A DNA stretch of 64,000 bases from an uncultured Holophaga sp. Lineage in GTDB: Bacteria > Acidobacteriota > Holophagae > Holophagales > Holophagaceae. The stretch is taken from positions 1,120,001 through 1,184,000 of the forward strand of contig OY761614.1 in the NCBI GenBank assembly GCA_963664825.1, given 5' to 3'. Made by a program: the position numbers and the translations under genes. The notes under the pieces are model-generated. The model was given only the letters and a program-made list of their open reading frames with translations, did no database searches and had not been told where the DNA came from. Shown in pieces: positions 25,195 to 34,700 of this stretch; the first letter of the stretch is position 1; every line of letters begins with the position of its first letter.

Positions 25195-26089
25195 ACTGGT
25201 CGTCATCAGCGGCAAGGGCGGCACGGGCAAGACCTCCCTGACGGCCGCCTTTGCCCATCTGGCCGAGAGGATTGTCCTGTGTGACCTGGACGTGGACGCG
25301 CCGGATCTCCACCTGATCGCCGAACCCAAAGTCCAGCGGAGCGGCCCCTTCCTGTCGGGCCATGGGGCGGAGATCGATCCCGCAACCTGCACGGGATGCG
25401 GCACCTGCATGGACGTCTGCGCCTTTGGTGCCATCCACAGGGAAGGGGCACGCTTCGTCGTGGACACCGCCCACTGCGAGGGCTGCAAGGTTTGCGTGGC
25501 CTTCTGTCCCAAGAAGGCCATCGCTTTCCCGGAGCGCCTCTGCGGCACCTGGTACGAAAGCGAGACCCGCTTCGGCCCCATGGTCCACGCCCTTCTCGAC
25601 CCTGGCCAGGAGAACTCGGGCAAGCTCGTCACCCTCCTCAAGGCCAAGGCCCGGGAACGGGCATCGGAACTGGGCCTGGAGCTGATCCTCAGCGATGGCG
25701 CGCCGGGTATCGGATGTCCCGTCATCAGTTCACTGTCTCAGGCGAGCCTGGTGCTGCTCGTCACCGAGCCCACCCCCTCGGGCCTCCACGACCTGGAGCG
25801 GGTGGCCGAACTCTGCCGCAGCTTCCGCATCCCCAGCGCCGCGCTCATCAACAAGGCCGACCTGAGTCCGGAATACCAGGAAGCCATCCACGCCTTCTGC
25901 CAGACGCGGAAGATCCCCGTGGTGGGCCATCTGCCCCACGACCCGGCCGTCACCGAGGCCATGGTCCGAGGTCAGGCCGTCACAGAAGGCATGGAAACGC
26001 CCTTCGGAGTGCAGGTCCGCCGGATCTGGTCGGAACTGCAGTCCCTTCTCGCAGCACCTTCACCTTCCTTCAAGGAGTCCCGAACATGA
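25187..26089 (+). CDS. Second MinD-superfamily ATPase with ferredoxin domain
   Basis: ISGKGGTGKTS, CTGCGTCMDVC, CEGCKVCVAFCP, ENSGKLV, DGAPGIGCP. Confidence 0.92.
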   Translation: MRELVVISGKGGTGKTSLTAAFAHLAERIVLCDLDVDAPDLHLIAEPKVQRSGPFLSGHGAEIDPATCTGCGTCMDVCAFGAIHREGARFVVDTAHCEGCKVCVAFCPKKAIAFPERLCGTWYESETRFGPMVHALLDPGQENSGKLVTLLKAKARERASELGLELILSDGAPGIGCPVISSLSQASLVLLVTEPTPSGLHDLERVAELCRSFRIPSAALINKADLSPEYQEAIHAFCQTRKIPVVGHLPHDPAVTEAMVRGQAVTEGMETPFGVQVRRIWSELQSLLAAPSPSFKESRT

Positions 26090-26466
26090 ACGATTCCCGC
26101 ATCGCCATCCCTTCCACCCTGCCCGGCGGCCTCGAGGCCGGGGTCGGGGCCCACTTCGGCCACTGCGACATCTACACCATCGTGGACGTGAAGGCAGGTC
26201 TAATCGCCGAGGTGAGCACCCTGCCGAACGTTCCCCACCAGCAGGGGGGCTGCCTCGCGCCCGTCAATCACCTGGCCCAGCATGGCGTGACGGTGCTCAT
26301 CGCCGGTGGCATGGGGCTGCGCCCCCTGATGGGCTTCAACCAGGCCGGCATCGAGGTCTTCCGCGGCACCGAGGCCCCCAGTGTGGGCGTCGCGGTGGAG
26401 GCCTTCCTAAAGGGCGACCTGGCCCGCTTCAGCCGCGAATTCACCTGCGGCGGCGGCCAGCACTGA
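26086..26466 (+). CDS. NifB/NifX-family protein
   Basis: ATG 26086 overlapping the upstream stop; RIAIPS..HFGHCD..PHQQGGC..IAGGMG..CGGG. Confidence 0.88.
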   Translation: MNDSRIAIPSTLPGGLEAGVGAHFGHCDIYTIVDVKAGLIAEVSTLPNVPHQQGGCLAPVNHLAQHGVTVLIAGGMGLRPLMGFNQAGIEVFRGTEAPSVGVAVEAFLKGDLARFSREFTCGGGQH

Positions 26467-26476
26467 GGGCATACCG

Positions 26477-27370
26477 ATGACACAACCGAAGGGGAATGTC
26501 GGCCTGCGTGTGGCAATGGCCTCCTCCCGTCCTGAACGCATGGCCACCTTTGCTGCTGAACTCGAGCTCCGCGGTTTCCAGATAGAGAATTTCCGGGATG
26601 CCTGGAGCCTGCTCGAGGCGGCCCGCCGCAGGACCTGGAACCTCGTGCTGCTGGATGGCCAGACGCTGCCCGTGCGCGAAAACCTCGAACACCTGATGGA
26701 GATCAATGCCTGCCAGCAGGTGGCCGTCCTCACGGACCAGGAAGCCCATGCCTTTCACGAAGCCACGGAGGGTCTCGGCGTGCTCGCACCACTCCCGGTC
26801 AATCCGACTCCCGAGGATGTGGAGCCTCTCCTCGAGCGTCTCCGGGCCGTGGGGGGACTGGATCCGAAGGTGGAGGCCGCCCAAGCCCATCTGGAGGCCA
26901 TGAGCCGGAAGCTCCATCCCAACTGCGTGGTCTGCTGGGATCGCCATCCCTTCGGCCTGAAGGTGGACTACCGCGTGACCGGGGAGCACAGCGTCGAAGG
27001 CACGTTCGGCTGCGGGAAATTCTACGAGGGCTATTCCAATGTGCTGCACGGTGGCATCGTCTCCAGCCTCCTGGATGGCGCCATGGCGAGTTGCATCCTG
27101 GCCAAGGGCCTGGAGGCCTACACCGTGGAATTGAAGATCCGCTACCGGGCGGCGGTGGAAACGGGCGTCCCGGCCACCATCTGCGGCCAGTGGCTCCGGA
27201 GCGCGGGTCCGGTCCATCTCCTGCACGCCACCATCGAACAGAAGGGCAAGGTCTGCGCCAGCGCCCGGGCCAAATTCTTCGAAGGCACGCCCAATGAGCC
27301 CAGCCAAGCCATGCCCGGGGGCGCTGAAGTCCGACGCCTGCTGAGTCAGGCCCGCAAGCGCCTCGTCTGA
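26477..27370 (+). CDS. Receiver-like domain fused to PaaI/hot-dog thioesterase domain
   Basis: C-terminal HPNCVVC..PFGL..YEGYSNVLHGGIVSSLLDGAM; N-terminal alternating beta/alpha region with NLVLLD. Confidence 0.7.
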   Translation: MTQPKGNVGLRVAMASSRPERMATFAAELELRGFQIENFRDAWSLLEAARRRTWNLVLLDGQTLPVRENLEHLMEINACQQVAVLTDQEAHAFHEATEGLGVLAPLPVNPTPEDVEPLLERLRAVGGLDPKVEAAQAHLEAMSRKLHPNCVVCWDRHPFGLKVDYRVTGEHSVEGTFGCGKFYEGYSNVLHGGIVSSLLDGAMASCILAKGLEAYTVELKIRYRAAVETGVPATICGQWLRSAGPVHLLHATIEQKGKVCASARAKFFEGTPNEPSQAMPGGAEVRRLLSQARKRLV

Positions 27371-27438
27371 GCCCCCTGCCCCTTGATTCAAGGCGCTGCG
27401 ACCCTTTGGCGCCATCCCATCCTTCCAGGAGACCGTCC

Positions 27439-28686
27439 ATGAACCGGCTTGAAGCCATTGCTAACCGCACCATCCCCACCAACTTCGGTCCCCTCCGGGG
27501 CTTCGACGCCCACGCGCGAATCGAAGGTGGGGGCGGGGACACCATGGAGGTCTGGCTCCGCATGAAGGGCGCAAGGATCCTTCAAGCCTCCTTCATCAGC
27601 GATGGAGGCGAAACCGCTATCGCCAGCGGCAGCATGGCGGCTCACCTGAGCGAAGGGAAAAGCCTGGGGGAAATGCGCGCCGTCCGGCCCATCGATGTGC
27701 TGGAAGCCCTCGGACAACCGAACAGCACGGAGGCCCATCCCTGCGCCGATCTGGCCCTCAGCACGCTCGCCAAGGCCCTGGGGGAATACGAGAAGGCCCT
27801 GAAGGCCAAGGATGAACATGGCTGCGGGGATGGCGGGTGCAGCGAGGCTTGCTGCGAGGGCTGCGCTTCGGAATGCGGCGATCGGAAGGCGCCCCAGGGA
27901 ATGGCCGGTGAGCCCGGCGTAGGGAACGTCCAGCGCCGCATCCTGGTGATGTCAGGCAAAGGCGGTGTAGGGAAAAGCACGGTGGCTGTAAACCTCGCCA
28001 TGGGCTTTGCCGCCGAAGGCCTGAATACGGGCCTATTGGATGCGGACCTCCACGGCCCCAGCGTGCCCAAACTGCTCGGGCTGGAGCGGGAAACCCTCCA
28101 CACCGAAGACCAGGCGCTGCTGCCGGTGGAGCTGGGGCCCCTCAAGGTAATGTCCATGGGCTTCGCCCTGGAACCCGACCAGGCGGCCATCTGGCGCGGC
28201 CCCATGAAGGCCAGCGTCATCGACCAGTTCGTGAACCGGGTGAAATGGGATGCCCTGGATATGATGGTGGTGGATTGCCCCCCCGGCACCGGGGACGAGC
28301 ATCTCTCCGTCCATCAGGCCCTGGGCGGGGTGGAGGGCGCCGTGATCGTCACCACCCCCCAGGAGGTGGCCACCCTGGATGCCCGCAAGGCCATCACCTT
28401 CTGTCGCACTTCCCATATTCCGGTGCTCGGCATCGTGGAGAACATGAGCGGCTTCCAATGCCCCTCCTGCGGCACCTGCACCCCCATATTCCAATCGGGA
28501 GGCGGGAAGCGCCTGGCCACAGAACTGGGGCTGCCCTTCCTGGGAACCCTGCCCCTGGATCCCTCAGTGGGAGCAGGAGGCGAAACCGGACGCCCCAGGC
28601 TCTTCGCGGGGGGAGACGACGCCGCCGCCCGGGCCTTCCAACCGATCCTCCAGGCCCTGCTGGAAAGACCCAAGGCCAGCGCCTGA
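27439..28686 (+). CDS. Mrp/NBP35 (ApbC-like) Fe-S carrier ATPase with N-terminal NifU-like domain
   Basis: MSGKGGVGKST, DADLHGPS, WRGP, DCPPGTGDE, ENMSGFQCPSCG; N-terminus GDTMEVWL..ASF. Confidence 0.9.
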   Translation: MNRLEAIANRTIPTNFGPLRGFDAHARIEGGGGDTMEVWLRMKGARILQASFISDGGETAIASGSMAAHLSEGKSLGEMRAVRPIDVLEALGQPNSTEAHPCADLALSTLAKALGEYEKALKAKDEHGCGDGGCSEACCEGCASECGDRKAPQGMAGEPGVGNVQRRILVMSGKGGVGKSTVAVNLAMGFAAEGLNTGLLDADLHGPSVPKLLGLERETLHTEDQALLPVELGPLKVMSMGFALEPDQAAIWRGPMKASVIDQFVNRVKWDALDMMVVDCPPGTGDEHLSVHQALGGVEGAVIVTTPQEVATLDARKAITFCRTSHIPVLGIVENMSGFQCPSCGTCTPIFQSGGGKRLATELGLPFLGTLPLDPSVGAGGETGRPRLFAGGDDAAARAFQPILQALLERPKASA

Positions 28687-28964
28687 TGGGCCTGAATCTC
28701 CAACCCCTAGGCCTCATCCGCACGCCCCACAAGGAGCTCGATCAGACCCCCATCCAGCCCTGTTTCGCCGAAGGGATCCGCGGAGAGATCCACCTGGATC
28801 CAGCCTTCGCGGAAGGGCTGGAGGGGCTGGATGGCACCCCGCTGCTGGATATCAAGCCCTACTACCCCAAGGCGGATCGTCCCGATGCCGCCTGGGGTGG
28901 CTGGACGGAGCACCTGGATCCGGAGGAGGCCCGCAGGATCGGCAGCCGCAAGGCGAGCGACTGA
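28686..28964 (+). pseudogene. TrmO/TsaA-family gene with in-frame internal deletion
   Basis: QPLGLIRTP..TPIQP..FAEGLEGLDGTPLLDIKPY: the N- and C-terminal motifs are joined and the central FATRSP-RPNPIG block is missing. Confidence 0.7.
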
Positions 28965-29137
28965 CCCATACCCAGCCGCCTCCTTCATCCAGGGAGCTTA
29001 TGGTGGCTTGGGAGCCCCTGCATCCAGGCGAGTCGCTAGAATTCAAGAGCGTCATCGCCCCAGCGGGGGGACCAGCCTCCAACCTCGATCCCTGCGGGAG
29101 GACGACTTCATGAAGAACTCCCGGAAAGGTGTCTCCC

Positions 29138-29944
29138 TTGCGTGAACAGGATGCTTTGAATACATGGACGGCCGTGCAGGACATCAGGAGGCAGGCTCCG
29201 GTCATCCATAACATCACCAACTATGTGGTCATGAACACGACGGCCAATGCCCTCCTGGCCATCGGCGCCTCGCCCGTGATGGCTCATGCCGAGGAGGAAA
29301 TGGCCGACATGGTGGCCATCGCCTCCGCCCTGGTCATCAATATCGGCACCCTGAGCCAGCCCTGGGTCAAATCCATGTTAAAGGCCGCGGAACACGCCGC
29401 CCAGCGCGGCATTCCCATCGTGCTGGACCCGGTGGGGGCCGGGGCCACGCCCTACCGCACCCAGACCGCCCGGGAACTGGTGGCCGCCACCCGGCCCACC
29501 CTCATCCGGGGTAACGCCTCCGAGATCATGGCCCTCTGCGGCGACCTGGCCCATACCAAGGGCGTGGATAGCACGGAGGCGTCCAGTGACGCCTTGGAAG
29601 CCGCCCAGTCCCTCCAGGAGCGCCTCGGTTCATGCGTTTGCATCAGTGGGGAGACGGACTACATCGTCGGCAATGGAACGCTTGCCCGCATCCGGAACGG
29701 CCATCCCATGATGACCCGGGTGACGGGGCTGGGATGCACGGCCACGGCCCTTTGCGGAGCCTTCGCCGCTGTGACTTCGGATCCAGCGCGCGCCGCGACT
29801 CAGGCCATGGCCGTCATGGGCATCGCCGGAGAGATGGCCGCGGAGAAGGCCGAGGGGCCAGGCACGCTGCAATTGCACTTCCTGGACGCCCTCTACCGCT
29901 TGACCGAAGACGATATCCTGCGGCGCATGCGCCTGGAGGCCTAA
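29138..29944 (+). CDS. thiM: Hydroxyethylthiazole kinase
   Basis: HNITNYVVMNTTANALLAIGASPVMA, INIGTL, LDPVGAGAT, IRGNASEI, VTGLGC. Confidence 0.95.
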   Translation: MREQDALNTWTAVQDIRRQAPVIHNITNYVVMNTTANALLAIGASPVMAHAEEEMADMVAIASALVINIGTLSQPWVKSMLKAAEHAAQRGIPIVLDPVGAGATPYRTQTARELVAATRPTLIRGNASEIMALCGDLAHTKGVDSTEASSDALEAAQSLQERLGSCVCISGETDYIVGNGTLARIRNGHPMMTRVTGLGCTATALCGAFAAVTSDPARAATQAMAVMGIAGEMAAEKAEGPGTLQLHFLDALYRLTEDDILRRMRLEA

Positions 29945-29945
29945 C

Positions 29946-30569
29946 ATGAGGGGCCTCTATCTGGTCACGGACCGCGGTCTCTGCGGCGAGCGTTCCTTGG
30001 AGGAGATCGTCGTGCAGGCGGTCCAAGGTGGGGTGGCCTGCGTGCAGCTCCGGGAGAAGGACCTTTCCACCCGGAGCTTCCTGGAGGAGGCGACCCGGAT
30101 CCAGGCCCTGCTTGCCTCCTTGAAGATTCCCCTGATCATCAACGACCGGGTGGACGTGGCCCTGGCGGTGGGGGCCGAGGGCGTCCATGTGGGCCAGAGC
30201 GACATGCCCTGCGAGCTCGTGCGGCGCCTCCTGGGCCCATCGGCGATCCTGGGGCTTTCCGTAGAGACCTGGGAAGACGTGGAACGGGCCCAGGATCAGC
30301 CCGTGGACTACCTGGGTGTGAGCCCCATCTTCGAGACCTCGACCAAGACCGATACCCGCGGCGCCTGGGGACTCGAAGGCCTGGCCCGCATCCGGGCCTA
30401 TTCCCGCCACCCCCTGGTGGCCATCGGGGGCCTGAACACATCCAATCTCGCGGACGTGGTGCGGGCTGGCGCCGAAGGCATCGCGGTGGTCTCGGCCATC
30501 TGCGCCGCCCCCGACCCGAGGCAGGCCGCACGGAGGCTCTCTCAAAGTTGGCCGGTCGTGCAAGGATAA
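29946..30569 (+). CDS. thiE: Thiamine-phosphate synthase
   Basis: LYLVTD, VQLREK, INDRVDVA, GVHVGQSD, TSTK, VAIGG. Confidence 0.95.
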   Translation: MRGLYLVTDRGLCGERSLEEIVVQAVQGGVACVQLREKDLSTRSFLEEATRIQALLASLKIPLIINDRVDVALAVGAEGVHVGQSDMPCELVRRLLGPSAILGLSVETWEDVERAQDQPVDYLGVSPIFETSTKTDTRGAWGLEGLARIRAYSRHPLVAIGGLNTSNLADVVRAGAEGIAVVSAICAAPDPRQAARRLSQSWPVVQG

Positions 30570-30633
30570 GCGCCTCCCACCTCGGGGATCCGAGCCCGAG
30601 CCGCATTCCGTGCAAGCCCATAGAGGAGCCTCC

Positions 30634-31245
30634 ATGACAGCAAGTGGCCATTTCGATGATGCGGCGGCGACCTGGGATCTGGCGGAACGCCGGGTGGCCC
30701 TGGCCCAGGCCGTGGCCGCAGCCATTGCGGCGCGGGTGGCCCTCTCTGGAGAGATGGCGGTAATGGATTTCGGCTGCGGCACGGGCCTGGTCACCCTGGC
30801 ATTGGCCCCAAGCGTCGGTTCCATCACGGGAGCCGATACCTCTTCGGCCATGCTGGCGACCCTGGAGGAAAAAGCCAAGGCCCAGGGGACACCCCTGTCT
30901 CTCTTGCTGCTGGAAGCCACGGCCACGCCCCCTCTGGGCGGCCCCTACGATCTGGTGGTGAGCAGCATGACCCTCCACCACGTCGATGATGTGGCGGCCC
31001 TATTCCACCAGTTCCATCAGCACCTTCGCCCCGGCGGGCGGATCGCCCTGGCCGATCTGGATGAGGAGGATGGCGGCTTCCATGGCGACACCATGAGCGT
31101 GCCCCATCGCGGATTTTCCAGGGCACAGATCCAGAACTGGCTGGAGGAGGCGAGTTTTCGGGAGATTCTCCTGGAGACCGCCACGGTGACCCGGAAGGAG
31201 GGGAAGGACTATCCAGTATTCCTGGCTTCGGCCCGGCGGATTTGA
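30634..31245 (+). CDS. Class I SAM-dependent methyltransferase
   Basis: FDDAAATWD, MDFGCGTG, YDLVVSSMTLHHV, LRPGG. Confidence 0.9.
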   Translation: MTASGHFDDAAATWDLAERRVALAQAVAAAIAARVALSGEMAVMDFGCGTGLVTLALAPSVGSITGADTSSAMLATLEEKAKAQGTPLSLLLLEATATPPLGGPYDLVVSSMTLHHVDDVAALFHQFHQHLRPGGRIALADLDEEDGGFHGDTMSVPHRGFSRAQIQNWLEEASFREILLETATVTRKEGKDYPVFLASARRI

Positions 31246-31299
31246 CCTTACAATCTGCTGGATTTGTCCTTTCCGGTCATCGCGTTCTGAGGCCTAGAG

Positions 31300-33477
31300 A
31301 TGAACCCATCCCCCGAAAGCCCCTGGGCCGAAGCCCCGGATCCATTACGGGTCCCCTCCGATCTGGACCTGGCCTCCATCCTCGACCTGCCGGCGATCCA
31401 GGCCCTGATGGAGGACTTTCAGAAACTCACCCAGGCGGCCGTGGCCCTGCTGGACCTCAAGGGCCGGGTGCTGCTGGCCACGGGCTGGCAGGATGCCTGT
31501 ATGCAGTTTCACCGGGTCCACCCGGAGATGGCGCGAAACTGCACCGAGAGTGATCTCTTCCTGTCCGGGAACGGGAAACCCGGGCAGTACGTGGCCTACC
31601 CCTGCCGGAACGGCCTCTGGGATGTGGTGACACCCCTCATCATCGACGGGCTCCACATGGGAAACATCTACACCGGGCAGTTCTTCTATGACGACCAGGT
31701 GGTGGACCTCCAGGCTTTCGCAGCCGCCGCAGAGGCCCATGGCCTGGACCGAAATGCCTACCTGGAGGCCATTGCCAAGATCCCCAGGATCAGCCGAAAC
31801 CAGGTCAAGACGACCATGGACTTCCTGATGCACCTGACCACGCTGGCCGCCGAGCAGGGCCTCAGCGCGTGGCGGGCCCGTCAATTGGCGGTGGAACAGG
31901 CCAAGGCCCTGGAGGCCCTGGTGCGCTCCCAGGAAAGCTACAAGGCCCTGTTCGCCAGCGTCCTCCACGGCATCATCTACCAGGATCCCAGCGGCGCGAT
32001 CCTCTCGGCCAACCCCGCGGCCGAGCGCATCCTGGGCCTGTCCCTGGATCAGCTGCAGGGCCGCGCCGCCATCGATCCCAGCTGGCGGGTCATCCACGAG
32101 GACGGCAGCCCTTTCCCCAGCGAGGCCTTCCCCTCCATGGAGACCCTGCGGGAGGGCAAGCCTGTTTCGGACGTCGTCATGGGCGTCCTGGATGACCAGC
32201 GGAGCAGCCCCACGTGGATCGAGGCCAGCGCCGTGCCCTTGTTCCGGCAGGGCGAGGCTGGCCCCTACCTGGTCTGCACCACCTTCCTCGAGATCACCTC
32301 CCGGAAGGAGGCCGAGGAAAATGAACGCGTGCTCACCGCTCAACTCCACCACGCCCAGAGGCTGGATGCCCTGGGACAGCTGGCGGGAGGCATCGCCCAC
32401 GACACGAATAACATGCTCAGCGTCATCATCGGCTATACGGACCTGCTCACGGAGGATGACACCCTGGCGCTGAGGACCAGGAACGATCTGGGGCAGATCC
32501 GAAAAGCCGCCCTGCATTCCGCCGAACTCATCCGCCAATTGCTGGCCTTCGCCCGGCGCCAGACCATCCAGCCCCAGGCCGCCAACCTGAATGTCCAGGT
32601 GGAGGACACCCAACAGATGCTCCGGCGCCTCATCGGCGAGCAGCACACCCTGGTCTGGAAGCCCGGCGCCAACCTCTGGAATGTGTGGGTGGATCCCTCC
32701 CAGGTGGACCAGGTCCTGGCCAATCTGACGGTGAATGCCAGGGATGCCCTCGCCCCCGGGGGCACCATCACCCTGGAGACGGCCAATATCGCCGTCGACG
32801 AAGCCTATGCCCATCTGCATCCCGAGGCCGTGCCCGGGGACTACGTGGTCTTGATGGTGACCGATACGGGACACGGCATGAGCCCCGAGGTGCAGGCCCA
32901 CATCTTTGAACCCTTTTTCACCACCAAGGGACCGGGACGGGGCACGGGACTGGGGCTGGCTACGGTCTACGGCATCGTCCGGCAGAACAAGGGTTTCATC
33001 ACGATCTACAGCGCCCTGGGCCAGGGCACGACCTTCCGCATCCACCTGCCGCGCTATCAGGGCGAGGAGGGCGCCCGGGCGGCCTCGGCGGAACTGGACA
33101 TGATGACCGGCATGGAAACCATCCTGCTGGTGGAGGACGAGGAGGCCCTGCTGGTGCTGGGGCAGAGGCTCCTCGAGGCCGCGGGCTACCGGGTGCTGGC
33201 CACCTCCCGTCCCCTGGAGGCCCTGCGCCTGGTCCAGGAATCCTGCGAGGACATCACCCTGGTGGCCACGGATCTGGTGATGCCGGAACTCAATGGCCGT
33301 GAACTCTTCGAAAAGATCCACGCCCTGCGCCCCGCCATCCGGGCCCTCTTCCTCTCGGGCTACCCCTCCGGGACCATCAGCCTGGAACACCTGCCCGAGG
33401 GGGGCACGGGATTCCTGCAAAAGCCCTTCACGCGCCTGGGACTGCTGCGCAAGGTGCGGGAAGTGCTCGAGAGCTGA
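31300..33477 (+). CDS. Hybrid sensor histidine kinase (PocR-PAS-HisKA-HATPase-REC)
   Basis: ATGWQDACMQFHR..YPCRNGLWD (PocR), GIAHDTNN, EPFFTTK..GTGLGL, LLVEDE..TDLVMP..FLQKP. Confidence 0.92.
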   Translation: MNPSPESPWAEAPDPLRVPSDLDLASILDLPAIQALMEDFQKLTQAAVALLDLKGRVLLATGWQDACMQFHRVHPEMARNCTESDLFLSGNGKPGQYVAYPCRNGLWDVVTPLIIDGLHMGNIYTGQFFYDDQVVDLQAFAAAAEAHGLDRNAYLEAIAKIPRISRNQVKTTMDFLMHLTTLAAEQGLSAWRARQLAVEQAKALEALVRSQESYKALFASVLHGIIYQDPSGAILSANPAAERILGLSLDQLQGRAAIDPSWRVIHEDGSPFPSEAFPSMETLREGKPVSDVVMGVLDDQRSSPTWIEASAVPLFRQGEAGPYLVCTTFLEITSRKEAEENERVLTAQLHHAQRLDALGQLAGGIAHDTNNMLSVIIGYTDLLTEDDTLALRTRNDLGQIRKAALHSAELIRQLLAFARRQTIQPQAANLNVQVEDTQQMLRRLIGEQHTLVWKPGANLWNVWVDPSQVDQVLANLTVNARDALAPGGTITLETANIAVDEAYAHLHPEAVPGDYVVLMVTDTGHGMSPEVQAHIFEPFFTTKGPGRGTGLGLATVYGIVRQNKGFITIYSALGQGTTFRIHLPRYQGEEGARAASAELDMMTGMETILLVEDEEALLVLGQRLLEAAGYRVLATSRPLEALRLVQESCEDITLVATDLVMPELNGRELFEKIHALRPAIRALFLSGYPSGTISLEHLPEGGTGFLQKPFTRLGLLRKVREVLES

Positions 33478-33502
33478 GAAGGCGTCTGCCAGGTGGCGCG
33501 GG

Positions 33503-34453
33503 CTAGGCCTCCAGCCGAACTCTCATGCCCTGGATGACATTCCACAGGACATCCAGGAAGAACCGCGTCAGATCCCTTTGCCCGCTCTGGGGATGCCAGA
33601 CCACATCCACGGGAATGCTCAGGGAATCCGTGAGGATGGGTTCCGACCGGATCGAAGAATGGCCCTCCGGCATGCAAATTCCAAAACAGCCCGGGAGAAC
33701 GGCCAGCACTGGCAGGCGTTCCAGGATCGACGGCAGGGCCAATAGGCTGGAGGTCGACGCGATGACCCTTCGGGCCAAACCCTTGCGCCGGAGGGCTTGA
33801 TCCAGCAAATCGAGGCTCTCCCCTACATACATGGCGAAGACATGGGGGTGGGCGCTCAGGGCCTCCAGGGGCACCGGTGAGGGGAGAGCGAGCAACCGAT
33901 GGTTGAAGAAACATCGGACGGAGGCTCCAAAGAGCCGCTGCCGCTCCACAGGGCAGCGCAGATGGGGGAAATATCCCAAAGCCGCGTGGATCCTCCCCTC
34001 CGCCAAGGCACTCTCCATGGTAGCCATGGGTAGGTTCTTCACTTCCACGGCGATACCCGGAGCCAATGTCAGAAGCCTCTCCAGCATTTCAGGAAGCAGG
34101 ACCATCTCCATGAGATCCGACATGGCCACACGCAAGACCCCCTTGGTCAGGGCAGGATCAAAGGGCGTCGCCCCACCCAGGAAGCCCTGGGCTTCCTCTA
34201 GCCAGGCATTGACCCGGGGTTGCAGTTCAAGGGCGAAGGGGGTGGGTTCCATGGCCATCCCCCGCCGCCTCAAGATGTCATCCCCGAAGGTTTCCCTCAA
34301 GCGTTTCAGGATATGGCTCGCTGCGGGTTGACCCACACAGAGGCGTCGGGCCGTTTCGCTCACACTGCGGGTCTCCAGCAACGTATCGAAGGCCAGCAGA
34401 AGGTTGAGATCCAGGCGACGTAATCCGAGGAGGTGATTATTACTTATTTTCAT
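33503..34453 (-). CDS. LysR-family regulator
   Basis: LDLNLLLAFDTLLETRSVSETARRL..QPAASH..MEPTP. Confidence 0.92.
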   Translation of the reverse strand: MKISNNHLLGLRRLDLNLLLAFDTLLETRSVSETARRLCVGQPAASHILKRLRETFGDDILRRRGMAMEPTPFALELQPRVNAWLEEAQGFLGGATPFDPALTKGVLRVAMSDLMEMVLLPEMLERLLTLAPGIAVEVKNLPMATMESALAEGRIHAALGYFPHLRCPVERQRLFGASVRCFFNHRLLALPSPVPLEALSAHPHVFAMYVGESLDLLDQALRRKGLARRVIASTSSLLALPSILERLPVLAVLPGCFGICMPEGHSSIRSEPILTDSLSIPVDVVWHPQSGQRDLTRFFLDVLWNVIQGMRVRLEA

Positions 34454-34700
34454 AGACTCTATCCAAACTATCGATTCATGACATGCGTTTTTTTGGCCGA
34501 ATCCTTAATGGTAAGTCACTTTCATATATGAACCCTTCCCACCCAGGCCCCCGAACTTCGACTTCATGCCAATGATCCAATTCCGTCGAAGAAAGGAAGA
34601 ACCACGGCCTGTGGGGTCAGATCCTTCAAGTCAGGTCCATTGCGGATCGCGGCCTCCAAACCACCCTGCCCTAATTCTCAACCATAATAATGAGTTTATC

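Noticed and set aside
23948..26466. Nitrogen fixation cluster
   Set aside because: NifB/NifX-domain proteins are present but nifHDK/nifEN are not; this operon type also occurs in non-diazotrophs.
28965..29137. TPP riboswitch before thiM
   Set aside because: The conserved THI-box motifs were not found by eye.
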